Shown: piece by piece, positions 46,589-54,959 of the stretch
How positions within the stretch are numbered: position 1 is the stretch's first letter
Layout: each line of letters starts with the position of its first letter
DNA from: a virus
Lineage: Duplodnaviria; Caudoviricetes
Length of the DNA: 64,000 nt
IMG/VR virus record: IMGVR_UViG_3300049573_000219
Coordinates: 32,001 to 96,000 of that record
Strand: one strand, 5' to 3'
Position numbers and translations under genes: made by a program
The notes under the pieces: generated by a model
What the model saw: only the letters and a program-made list of their open reading frames with translations
The model's database searches: none
Told to the model about the DNA's origin: nothing

Positions 46589-47212
46589 TCAGACCGTCGG
46601 CCGGTTGGCCGTGATCAGGTCGAACAGCGGGTGCGGCTCCCACTTCCGGTTGCCGTCGGCGTCCGTGCCCGGGTACGTCGGCCGCTCACCCTTGCACTCC
46701 CGCAGCGTGCGGCGCAGGGTCGCAATGTCGACGTCCGTGTACGCCCGGATCAGAGCCAGGTCGATCTCCGTCTCCAGCATGATCCGGCGCGCGGCCTCCC
46801 GGTTCCCGTTCCGCCGGGCGCTCTCCGCGTGCTCGTCGTTCGTGACCGTGGACAGGGCCAGGGAGTACTCCCAGTACCGCACGGAGTCGTCCACGAGCAT
46901 CGTGTCCATGTCGCCCCCGCGCTTCACCGCGCGCAGGATGCGGGACCGCTCCGTGATCAGGGCCAGGAACTTCCCCCGGTCCATGCCGTCCTCCCACAGG
47001 TCCGACCACGTCGGCCGGATCCCGCGCACGTCAGCGCCGTTCGCGTAGCTGTGCGCCATGTGCGCCATGTGACGCCACATGGTCACCGCGTCCTGCGACT
47101 CCTGCCCCAGGTAGCCGGGCTGTCCCGGACCGGGGCGCCCGTCGTGCTTCCGGCGCGTGTTGATCAGCAGGTCGGCCAGCAGACCATGGAATTCCTCAAC
47201 CGTGCGACCCAT
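46589..47212 (-). CDS. Hypothetical protein
   Basis: GGAAGGGAG SD; MGRTVEEF... Confidence 0.7.
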   Translation of the reverse strand: MGRTVEEFHGLLADLLINTRRKHDGRPGPGQPGYLGQESQDAVTMWRHMAHMAHSYANGADVRGIRPTWSDLWEDGMDRGKFLALITERSRILRAVKRGGDMDTMLVDDSVRYWEYSLALSTVTNDEHAESARRNGNREAARRIMLETEIDLALIRAYTDVDIATLRRTLRECKGERPTYPGTDADGNRKWEPHPLFDLITANRPTV

Positions 47213-47276
47213 CGCGTTCTCCCTTCCGGCCGGGCCCGTCATGGGCCCGGCATCCGTCCGTCACTTCCGTGCGTTG

Positions 47277-47558
47277 CTACGCGGCGAGACCCATCCGGTA
47301 CGGGTCCGGCGACCACTCCCGCGTCTGCCCGTCGTGGTGCTCGTACGTCACCGTGACGTCGTGAAGGACCAGCTTCCCGCCCTCCGTCGCGTACGTGGTG
47401 TGGATCTCCAGTTGGGTACCGGAGTTCAGGTTGTTGCGCAGCCTCCCCATGATCAGGTCGGCCACCTGCTCATCCGTGGCGAACCGCAAGGGCACATACT
47501 CACCCGTGATGCACTCCGTGCACCCGCAGTCCCACGGGTCAACGGCGATCAGCTTCAC
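47277..47558 (-). CDS. Hypothetical protein with CGCxEC motif
   Basis: GTGA coupling. Confidence 0.65.
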   Translation of the reverse strand: MKLIAVDPWDCGCTECITGEYVPLRFATDEQVADLIMGRLRNNLNSGTQLEIHTTYATEGGKLVLHDVTVTYEHHDGQTREWSPDPYRMGLAA

Positions 47559-47824
47559 CTACGCCACCGGATCCCTTCCCCGAAGTGGGAGTCACAGGTC
47601 TGCGGGGTGTGGTGCCCCTCTCCCGGACATCCCCGGAACCGGCGCCCGTGCAGCCTCTCCCACAGGGAGTAGGCGCCGTTCGTCACGTTCCTCTTGATCA
47701 GGTCGACGAACGCGTACGACAGCCCGAGGGAGGCCCGGGAGTACAGTTCCTGCCCGTCCGCGTCCCGCAGTACCGCGCGCCCGTCCTCCGTGAGGGAAAC
47801 CGTCATGATGACATGCTCATCCAT
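47555..47824 (-). CDS. Hypothetical protein
   Basis: MDEHVIMT...; operon position. Confidence 0.55.
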   Translation of the reverse strand: MDEHVIMTVSLTEDGRAVLRDADGQELYSRASLGLSYAFVDLIKRNVTNGAYSLWERLHGRRFRGCPGEGHHTPQTCDSHFGEGIRWRR

Positions 47825-47826
47825 GA

Positions 47827-48264
47827 TCAGATCCCGTTGCTCCGGCGGGGCGCTCCCGTGTTCACGAGACCGATCATTTTCCGGCACGCCCGGCACGTCA
47901 CGCCCGTGAGCGCCGTCCCCGACGACCAGACCGACAGGGAGTTCCCCAGGTTCCGGGACGCCGGGCACAGACCGGCCGGAGGCTGGCCAGGCACGTGGTT
48001 GAGCAGCGCGTGCCCCTGCGTGTCCCTCCCGGGCACCTTGCCGTACTCCTGCGTGCGGAACGTGGCCACGCCGACGACCAGCGTCCCGTCCGCCCCGGGG
48101 AAGTGCCGGTTCCCGTCCGTGTCGTACAGGAACTGTTCCTGCGGCACCCGCCCGTCACGGCTCCCCGGCGTCCAGCCGTCCAGGTCGGCGATCACGAAAC
48201 CGCCCGCCGTCTGGAGCAGCGAACCGCGCCTGATGTCGTCGATCCTCTGTCGCGTCGTGTCCAT
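47827..48264 (-). CDS. Hypothetical protein with C-terminal H/C Zn motif
   Basis: GACGGAAGGGAG SD; VTCRAC. Confidence 0.65.
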   Translation of the reverse strand: MDTTRQRIDDIRRGSLLQTAGGFVIADLDGWTPGSRDGRVPQEQFLYDTDGNRHFPGADGTLVVGVATFRTQEYGKVPGRDTQGHALLNHVPGQPPAGLCPASRNLGNSLSVWSSGTALTGVTCRACRKMIGLVNTGAPRRSNGI

Positions 48265-48339
48265 GCTTCCCGTTCTCCCTTCCGTCGGTAATGCACTGGA
48301 CCGCCCGGCCCCCTTCCGGGCAGTCCCGAACGTCACCGC

Positions 48340-48675
48340 TCAGACAGGCCGCTCGACACACAGCAGGTCGACCCGGTGAAGGTAGGTCTCCTCCGTGGTG
48401 CCGTCGTCGTTCTTGAACGTGACCGTGATCGTCCCGGGGTCCGCGTCGCCGCCCGTGCGCACCACGGAAACGATCTCCCGCATCTTGTCGCGGCTCCCGT
48501 ACGCGCGCCACGTGTCCGTGGGCGGGTGCATGTAACCGGCCCGCGTCCGCTCGATCCGGGGCCGGATGTTCTCGGCGTCCATCCCGCGCAGTCCGATGAT
48601 CTTCTCGAAGTCCCGCGCGTGCTCACTCGCCCGTGCGAGCGCTTCCCCGGGCTTCAGGTAGTCGTACGTCGCCAT
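48340..48675 (-). CDS. Hypothetical protein
   Basis: GACGGAAAGAGGG SD; MATYDYL... Confidence 0.7.
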   Translation of the reverse strand: MATYDYLKPGEALARASEHARDFEKIIGLRGMDAENIRPRIERTRAGYMHPPTDTWRAYGSRDKMREIVSVVRTGGDADPGTITVTFKNDDGTTEETYLHRVDLLCVERPV

Positions 48676-48761
48676 GTTCTTCCCTCTTTCCGTCGTCCGG
48701 TCGTGCACTGGAATGCCGGGCCCCCTCCCGGCACTCCCGAACGCGGCCGTGCGCCCGTGTG

Positions 48762-49160
48762 TCAGTCCTGCGGCGTCTCGCGGTACGTGCTGAACGACGC
48801 GACCGCCGTGCGGATCTTGTTCATGCCGGTCACGGTCGTCTGCGACTCGGCGTCGAAACCGAGCGTCCCGCGCGCCGGGATCGTCCACGTGCCGTCAGCG
48901 TTGCGCCAGGCGATCGGCGTCTCGTAGCTGAACACCACGTAGGTGGACCGGGCCGCTTCCGCGTGCCACTCCCGCGCGAGTCGGCCGACCTCCGACGGAC
49001 GGGATCCCGCCGACCCCGGGCGCCCGCTCAGGTGGCCGGACGTCTCGAACGGCTTGCCGTCCTTCAGGACCGCCGCGTACGCCTCCCACCGCGCGTCACG
49101 GAGCACCTTGCCGTCGCGCCACGTCGTGACCTTCGCGTTCAGCTTGACCGTCTCACCCAT
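48762..49160 (-). CDS. Conserved phage hypothetical protein
   Basis: YVVFSYETPIAW...SQTT motif. Confidence 0.7.
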   Translation of the reverse strand: MGETVKLNAKVTTWRDGKVLRDARWEAYAAVLKDGKPFETSGHLSGRPGSAGSRPSEVGRLAREWHAEAARSTYVVFSYETPIAWRNADGTWTIPARGTLGFDAESQTTVTGMNKIRTAVASFSTYRETPQD

Positions 49161-49187
49161 GATCTTCTCCCTCTCCGTATTCCCGTT

Positions 49188-49212
49188 CGGCCTAGGCCGC
49201 TGCCCGATCATA
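49188..49212 (-). promoter_or_regulatory. -10 TATGAT with downstream operator CGGCCTAGGCCG
   Basis: Repeated motif. Confidence 0.5.
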
Positions 49213-49273
49213 GACCGGCTGGAACGCCCGGAGGACCCGGGCGCTCCCGTCCGCCTACATCGTGACCCGTTCG

Positions 49274-49630
49274 TTACTTCCCGCAGGTCTCGCAGCGCGC
49301 GGGCGGCGTGTCCTTCTTGACCCACACCGCCGGGCCCGTCTCCCGCAGCGCCTCCCGCGCGCCGTTCAGGTCCGTGTCGTACCGGATCATGTCGCGCGTG
49401 TTCGAGATGTCGATCACGTTCGGGTCGTCCGTCTCCCGGATCTGCCAGACGTCCAGGCCGCCCGGCCGCGACTCCACCGCAAGCGCCTTACCGGGGCCCA
49501 TCATCAGCATGACGCCGTACCCGTCCGGCCGCATGACGTGAACCGAGTCCTGGCGCTCACCCTTGAACGGTCCCGTCACGACCGCGCCGAACTCCAGCGA
49601 GAGGTGACCCGCGATCTGCATGAGATCCAC
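49274..49630 (-). CDS. Hypothetical protein
   Basis: GACGGAAGGGAG SD. Confidence 0.7.
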   Translation of the reverse strand: MDLMQIAGHLSLEFGAVVTGPFKGERQDSVHVMRPDGYGVMLMMGPGKALAVESRPGGLDVWQIRETDDPNVIDISNTRDMIRYDTDLNGAREALRETGPAVWVKKDTPPARCETCGK

Positions 49631-49717
49631 TTCCGTACTCCCTTCCGTCCGTTCCCGTGAATCGGGAACCCACGGGGAACGTCCCGCCGCAGCGGAACGC
49701 CCCCGAAGATCACCGGT

Positions 49718-50083
49718 TCAGTCGCCGATCGAGTAGTAGTTCTCCCGGGTGCACGTGGCGCACGTCGTGCGGTCCCCCCACGCTTCCTGTCGCGTGGTGA
49801 CGATCCCGCGCCCGTCCGCGTCCGGGTGCTCCCCGACCTCCGTACGCGTCTCGTACGGCCAGCACGCGGCGCAACGGCGGATCGGTTCGGGCCGGTCGAC
49901 CGGGAACCCCTCGTGCGTCTCGGGGTCCTTCCCGTAGTAGCGGCGGCACGGCTCCCCCTCGTGGGCGAACACGTACTGCGGGAAGCCGTACCGCTTTTCC
50001 GTGCCGACCAGCCGGACCGGCTGACCACACCCCCGCTCCGAACAGCGGAGCTGCCAGACGATCGTCAGGTTGTTGGTGCTCAT
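49718..50083 (-). CDS. Zn-ribbon protein
   Basis: Three CxxC-type motifs. Confidence 0.65.
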   Translation of the reverse strand: MSTNNLTIVWQLRCSERGCGQPVRLVGTEKRYGFPQYVFAHEGEPCRRYYGKDPETHEGFPVDRPEPIRRCAACWPYETRTEVGEHPDADGRGIVTTRQEAWGDRTTCATCTRENYYSIGD

Positions 50084-50117
50084 TCCGTTTCTCCCTCTCC
50101 TCGTTCCCGTCAGCCGG

Positions 50118-50435
50118 TCACCCCTTGCGCTGCTCCATGCGCGGCTTGCGGCCGGTCTCCGTGACCAGCTCCCACCCGCACGCCTGCTGTTCCGCGAGGA
50201 TCGTCCGGCCCCGGGCCGTCAGCCGCAGGTCTTCGAACTCCCGGCCCGCCAGTACGCCCACGTCGATCAGCTTCAGGACCGTATCGGCGCGCGGGTTGGA
50301 CTTCGTCCCGTGGCCCCGCTCCATGGACGCGATGACCGACGGGCTGAACCCGCCGCCCAGCGAGTAACTGACGCGTGCGTGCGGACTGTCGACCAGGAAC
50401 ATCACGAGCCGTCCGGCCGCAGAAAGTTTCGCCAT
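50118..50435 (-). CDS. Possible winged-helix protein
   Basis: TVLKLIDVGVL...LRLTARGR. Confidence 0.6.
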   Translation of the reverse strand: MAKLSAAGRLVMFLVDSPHARVSYSLGGGFSPSVIASMERGHGTKSNPRADTVLKLIDVGVLAGREFEDLRLTARGRTILAEQQACGWELVTETGRKPRMEQRKG

Positions 50436-50527
50436 GATCGTTTCTCCCTCTCCTCGTGTCCATCCGCGATAGACAGGCTGGAGCGCCCCGGCCCCCTTCC
50501 GGGGCGCTCCCGTCCGCCGGTCCCGGA

Positions 50528-50938
50528 CTACTTCTTGATCTTGACCCCCATGGCCTTGCAGTCCATCACGCCGACCGTCCCGGCCACCGACAGAACGAGC
50601 CGGTAGTTCCGGAAGTGGTCATACGCCACGTCGTTCAGCGCGTCGATGATCCCGGCGCGGGTGTGACCCGTGGCCGTGGCGTCCAGGCACAGCGCGCGAC
50701 GCTCCCGCGCGGGGATGACCTTGCCGGTGTCGACGTAGCGGAACCACAGGTTCACGCCGTCCAGCACGGTCCCGCGCGTCAGGCACAGCCGGTCGTACGC
50801 GGGCATCCCCCGGTATCCGGTCTCGCAGACCGACCGGACCGCCGGACGCTTCCCGCCCGCCGGGGCCGCGTCCGCCGGAGCGGAGAACGCGAACAGCGCG
50901 ACGAAACCGGCCAGGATGGTGACGATGGGCTTACGCAT
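50528..50938 (-). CDS. Secreted protein
   Basis: Sec signal MRKPIVTILAGFVALFAFSAPADA. Confidence 0.7.
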   Translation of the reverse strand: MRKPIVTILAGFVALFAFSAPADAAPAGGKRPAVRSVCETGYRGMPAYDRLCLTRGTVLDGVNLWFRYVDTGKVIPARERRALCLDATATGHTRAGIIDALNDVAYDHFRNYRLVLSVAGTVGVMDCKAMGVKIKK

Positions 50939-51063
50939 GTGATCTTCCCTCTTTCCGAACCAAACGGACCCGGTCCGACGTGACCGGGTCCCGCAGTGCC
51001 GGGCGGCACTCCCGGCGCCCCGGACCCCGTGGGGCCCGGTTCGCCTAGGGCGTCTCCCCGACG

Positions 51064-51447
51064 TCAGAGCGTGTTGATCATGTCCCGGTACCGCGCCACG
51101 TCCTCCGCCGTGAGCCGGTGACCGGCGAACTCCGATTCCAGCAGGCCGCGCGCCGTGTCATGGAACGACTGACGCGAGAGGGAGGCCAGACGCGGGCGCG
51201 GGCGCCCGTCGTGGTCGCGCGTGGTCACGTGGCCGGGCTTCAGGGTCGTGAACCTGTAGACCCTCCCGTCGGTCATCTCCGCGACGCCCCGGGCGATGCA
51301 GTTCGGGTCACCCGGCATCATGTCGAACGTGATCTCCCGCGCGACCGTGTGGCCGCTGACGTCCTCCCCGCGCCCGTACTCGTACCCGTTCGGCCCGTAC
51401 GGCGCCGCCGTGTCCCACCACACCCCGCGCGTCATGGATTCCTGCAT
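51064..51447 (-). CDS. Hypothetical protein
   Basis: GGAAGGGAG SD. Confidence 0.7.
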   Translation of the reverse strand: MQESMTRGVWWDTAAPYGPNGYEYGRGEDVSGHTVAREITFDMMPGDPNCIARGVAEMTDGRVYRFTTLKPGHVTTRDHDGRPRPRLASLSRQSFHDTARGLLESEFAGHRLTAEDVARYRDMINTL

Positions 51448-51476
51448 GTCCCGTCTCCCTTCCCGTTCTTCCTGTC

Positions 51477-51498
51477 TGGCCTAGGTCACCGGATGTTA
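51477..51498 (-). promoter_or_regulatory. -10 TAACAT with downstream operator TGACCTAGGCCA
   Basis: Repeated motif. Confidence 0.5.
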
Positions 51499-51894
51499 GC
51501 GCATCCGGGCAACGCGCTGGAACGTCCCCGACTCCACCGCCAGGCGCAGCCACGCCAGGCGCACGGACTCCATGTCACCGCGCGGGCCGGTCGCGTACTC
51601 GTCCCCGTCCGCCGTGATGACCACGCCCCGGAAGCTGGGCACGGTCTCCGCCGCGTCCCGGAATCCGTCCCGCTCGATGGCCACCGCGACCGCGCGCACG
51701 ACCGCCGGACCGGCGATCTTGACCGACTCCGGCAGGCGCACGCGCATCCCGGCCACCAGGATCAGCGGACCGTTCACCTTGCGCGCGGGCATGTCGCCGA
51801 TGAACTGAACCGCTCCCGTGCCGGAGTTCATGCCCGCACCCGGGTTGATCTCCACTCCCGCAGCGTCCGACGGCTTGACCAGCGTCACGCTCAT
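51496..51894 (-). CDS. Hypothetical protein
   Basis: GGAAGGGAAGGA SD; MSVTLVK... Confidence 0.7.
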   Translation of the reverse strand: MSVTLVKPSDAAGVEINPGAGMNSGTGAVQFIGDMPARKVNGPLILVAGMRVRLPESVKIAGPAVVRAVAVAIERDGFRDAAETVPSFRGVVITADGDEYATGPRGDMESVRLAWLRLAVESGTFQRVARMR

Positions 51895-51993
51895 GATCGT
51901 TTCCTTCCCTTCCGATGTCTCGCCCCTCACTCCCGGACGATTCGGCCGGGACCCCGGGTCACCCCGGAGCCCGACCGGACCGCACGGCCGTGA

Positions 51994-52647
51994 TCAGTTG
52001 CGCGCGGGGTCGACCGCGCTCCCGTCCTCGAAGAAGTGGACGCCGTACGGGTTCGCGTTCACCTCCCGCAGCACCGCGTCACACTGCGCCGGACCCTCCC
52101 CGCACTCCGTGTACGCCTGCCACGACAGCCACGCCCCCTCGATGATCAGTTCCCGCGCCGCGTCCCGGTCCGGCTCACCGACACCCGCCGGGGCGCCCGT
52201 CACCGTGAGCGGCGCCGCCGGGATCTCCCGCGCGTCCCCGTGCCCGTTGATCAGGAATCCCAGGATCAGCAGCACCGCCGCCACCGCCGCGCCCGTGAGG
52301 ACGCACACCACGCGTTCCGCGACCGTGGGCCGTCCGCTCCCGTCGGTCGGCATCGTGGCCCACGGCTGACGCTCCGCCGCCGGAAGCGGGTATTCCTCCG
52401 GGACGTCCGCACCGCGCCGCAGCTTCGGGTCATTCGCGGTCCCCGCCGCGTCCCGCTCCAGCTCCCGCACGATGCCCGCGAATTCCCGGGCCGCCGGACC
52501 CTCCGAACGGGCCGCCCGGTACCGGGCCGCCGCCGCGCCGAACGCCTCCCAGAAGTGCGCCGTCATGTCCTGCCGGAGCGATTCGAACGGCAGCGTCAGC
52601 CGCTCCCGCGCGTCCTCGATGTCCTGCGAAACCGTGATCGTGCTCAT
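51994..52647 (-). CDS. Membrane protein (single central TM)
   Basis: VVCVLTGAAVAAVLLILGFLI. Confidence 0.7.
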   Translation of the reverse strand: MSTITVSQDIEDARERLTLPFESLRQDMTAHFWEAFGAAAARYRAARSEGPAAREFAGIVRELERDAAGTANDPKLRRGADVPEEYPLPAAERQPWATMPTDGSGRPTVAERVVCVLTGAAVAAVLLILGFLINGHGDAREIPAAPLTVTGAPAGVGEPDRDAARELIIEGAWLSWQAYTECGEGPAQCDAVLREVNANPYGVHFFEDGSAVDPARN

Positions 52648-52713
52648 GTCCCGTGTTCCCCTTTCCGATGGGCCCCGGGGATCTCCCGGGGCCCGTGATC
52701 CTGCCGAGTGTGG

Positions 52714-54714
52714 TTACTTGCCAGCCTTGCGCGCGACCCCGTCCAGAGCCTTACGCGCCGTCTCCCGGGTGATCTCCCCCGCCTTCCACCCCGCCGGGCG
52801 CCGCTCACCCTTCGGGGCGAACTCCGGGCGCGGCTCGTGCGAGACGACACCCGCGCACGTCCCCTCGGCGAACGATCCGACCGAAGCGGCCTTACGTCCC
52901 GCCTTGCGCTCCGCCGTGGACGCGATCTCACCCCGCGCGATGGCAGCCGCGCGCTCCGCGTCCCGCTTCGCCTTGCGCTCCCGCAGGATGGTTCCGACGA
53001 TCGTCGAGTGACGACGACGCCACCCGCGCGACTTGCCCTTGTGCGCGATCTCCGGGAGTTCCCCGCACGCCACGCACTCACGGCCGGTCACCTCCGGGTC
53101 AATCCCGGGCCGCACGGTCGCGGGAAGCTGTCCCGTTCCCGCCTTGCCGATCCACCCCTTCGGCTGCACGGGCGCCATGTTCTGAGAACCGGTGTTCGCC
53201 GCGCCGTCCACCGAACCGTGCCCGCGCGACAGTGCCAGCCGCGCCGACACCTTCCCGCGCGTCACGGTCGCGCCGACGTCCGCACCCTCACCCCGGGGCG
53301 TGACGTCCCGGACGTCACCGCCCCCGACGTGCTTGACCGACTCACCCGCGCGGACGTGCTCCGGGATCACGTAGACCGTGCCCTTTTTCCGCTTGACCGC
53401 CTTCAACTCGACCGGCCGCGCGCACCCCGGGCATTCGACCGTCCCGGGAGTCTTGCGCCCGCTCAGCACCTTGCGCGACCGCGTGCAACGGGACTCCGTC
53501 GCGCGCCGCTTGTCCGCCGTCGCGGTGTCCCCCGGGGTGCTCCCGTGCTCCACCGTTTCGATCATGCGCGAGACCAGCCGCTTACCGGCGGGAAGCTGCG
53601 GAGTAGCCACGCCCCCGACGTTGTGCGTGCCGATTTTGTCCGGGCATTCTCCCGCATTTTCCTGCATTTCCACGCCGTTGTGCCGACGCATCACGCCGTC
53701 CCGCGATACCGCGATCACCCGGGCGCACGTCCCGCACGGGGCGGACGTCTTGCCGTTGTAGTCGTCCGCCACGCTCACCGTGTGGTCATCGCGGAGAACG
53801 CGCGTCCCGGGCGCCGGAGCACTCCCGACACCCGCGCAAGCGATCTTGGAAACCTTCGGGCCGGATTCCTTGCGCTCCCGTTCCGGCAGGAGCGGGATGT
53901 ACGCGGAGCACCCGGGGCACTTCCCGTGCGTCCGCTCCATGTTCAGTTTGGACACCGGGCCCGTGTACTCACACGGGATCACCGCCGGGACCGGACCGCC
54001 CGCCGCCCCCGTCATGTCCCGCGCGGGACGCTCCCCGGTCCCGGGCGCCGGGAGCGTGGCAACCTCCGCCGGAACCTCCCCACCGTCCGCGTAGTAAGCG
54101 GCGACGCGCGCCCGCATCTCACCGAACGTGCGCCCGGTCGACGCGCAAACCTCCCCGTCCCACGATTGGGGAGTGTTCGCAGCCTTGACAGCAGCGTCCC
54201 GCGCGTCACGGGCCGCACGGCGCGCGTCAATCTCCGCGATCCCGTCCGTTCCGGGCGAGTCGACCGCCGCAATGCGACCGGTCACCGGGTCGTTTTCGAT
54301 CTTGACCGGTTCGACCGGAACCGGGGCGGAGTCCTCCCGCGCGTCGCTCCCGTCCGCCGTGACGTTCACGACGTCGTCAAGCGTGATCAGGGTGAACTCA
54401 CCCATGATGGACGCGAGACCGGGCCCGTTTTCGTCGGCCCACTTGTCCTGTCGCGCGGCCTCAAGATCGTTCTTACCGCCGTCCGACTCAAGCCACTTGA
54501 CGCACCGGGCGCACCGCTTGTCACCCGTGAACTTTTCGGCGAGTCGCGCACTGTCCAGCGGCTTACCGTCGCACGCTTTTTCGACCGACTCGCAAGCGAG
54601 CGGGTCACTGTGCATCCCGGACGGGATGAGCACGACGTGACCGACTCCCCGCGCTCCCAAACCGTAGAACCGCGCGTCACCGTCAATGTTCAGCGCAACG
54701 AACGTGTTTCCCAT
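52714..54714 (-). CDS. 666-aa multi-Zn-ribbon protein
   Basis: GGAAGGGG SD; CARC, CPGC, CGTC, CPGC, CVAC motifs with downstream His residues. Confidence 0.75.
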   Translation of the reverse strand: MGNTFVALNIDGDARFYGLGARGVGHVVLIPSGMHSDPLACESVEKACDGKPLDSARLAEKFTGDKRCARCVKWLESDGGKNDLEAARQDKWADENGPGLASIMGEFTLITLDDVVNVTADGSDAREDSAPVPVEPVKIENDPVTGRIAAVDSPGTDGIAEIDARRAARDARDAAVKAANTPQSWDGEVCASTGRTFGEMRARVAAYYADGGEVPAEVATLPAPGTGERPARDMTGAAGGPVPAVIPCEYTGPVSKLNMERTHGKCPGCSAYIPLLPERERKESGPKVSKIACAGVGSAPAPGTRVLRDDHTVSVADDYNGKTSAPCGTCARVIAVSRDGVMRRHNGVEMQENAGECPDKIGTHNVGGVATPQLPAGKRLVSRMIETVEHGSTPGDTATADKRRATESRCTRSRKVLSGRKTPGTVECPGCARPVELKAVKRKKGTVYVIPEHVRAGESVKHVGGGDVRDVTPRGEGADVGATVTRGKVSARLALSRGHGSVDGAANTGSQNMAPVQPKGWIGKAGTGQLPATVRPGIDPEVTGRECVACGELPEIAHKGKSRGWRRRHSTIVGTILRERKAKRDAERAAAIARGEIASTAERKAGRKAASVGSFAEGTCAGVVSHEPRPEFAPKGERRPAGWKAGEITRETARKALDGVARKAGK

Positions 54715-54765
54715 GATTTCCCCTTCCCGCGTCGCATCCCCGAATGGTGCGACGTCAGACAGAGT

Positions 54766-54948
54766 TCACGCCTTACGCGACGTGAACAGAACTCCCGCAT
54801 TACCGGACGTCACGGATTCCAGCCATTCGACCGTTTCCGCGTAGCTACCGCGTCCCGGCATCCATGCCGTTTCACGGTCCCGCCGGTATTCAACGCTCCC
54901 GGATTCCGTGACTGTCACGGTTCCGCCGTTGTCAAGCCTGATAACCAT
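54766..54948 (-). CDS. Small hypothetical protein (first ORF of the leftward arm)
   Basis: GGAAAGGG SD; MVIRLDNGG... Confidence 0.6.
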   Translation of the reverse strand: MVIRLDNGGTVTVTESGSVEYRRDRETAWMPGRGSYAETVEWLESVTSGNAGVLFTSRKA

Positions 54949-54959
54949 TGCTGGCACCC

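Noticed and set aside
20232-51057. Integron attC interpretation of the intergenic hairpins
   Set aside because: No RYYYAAC/GTTRRRY boxes and no integrase in the window; G-U bias points to an mRNA-level structure. Kept only as a remote alternative
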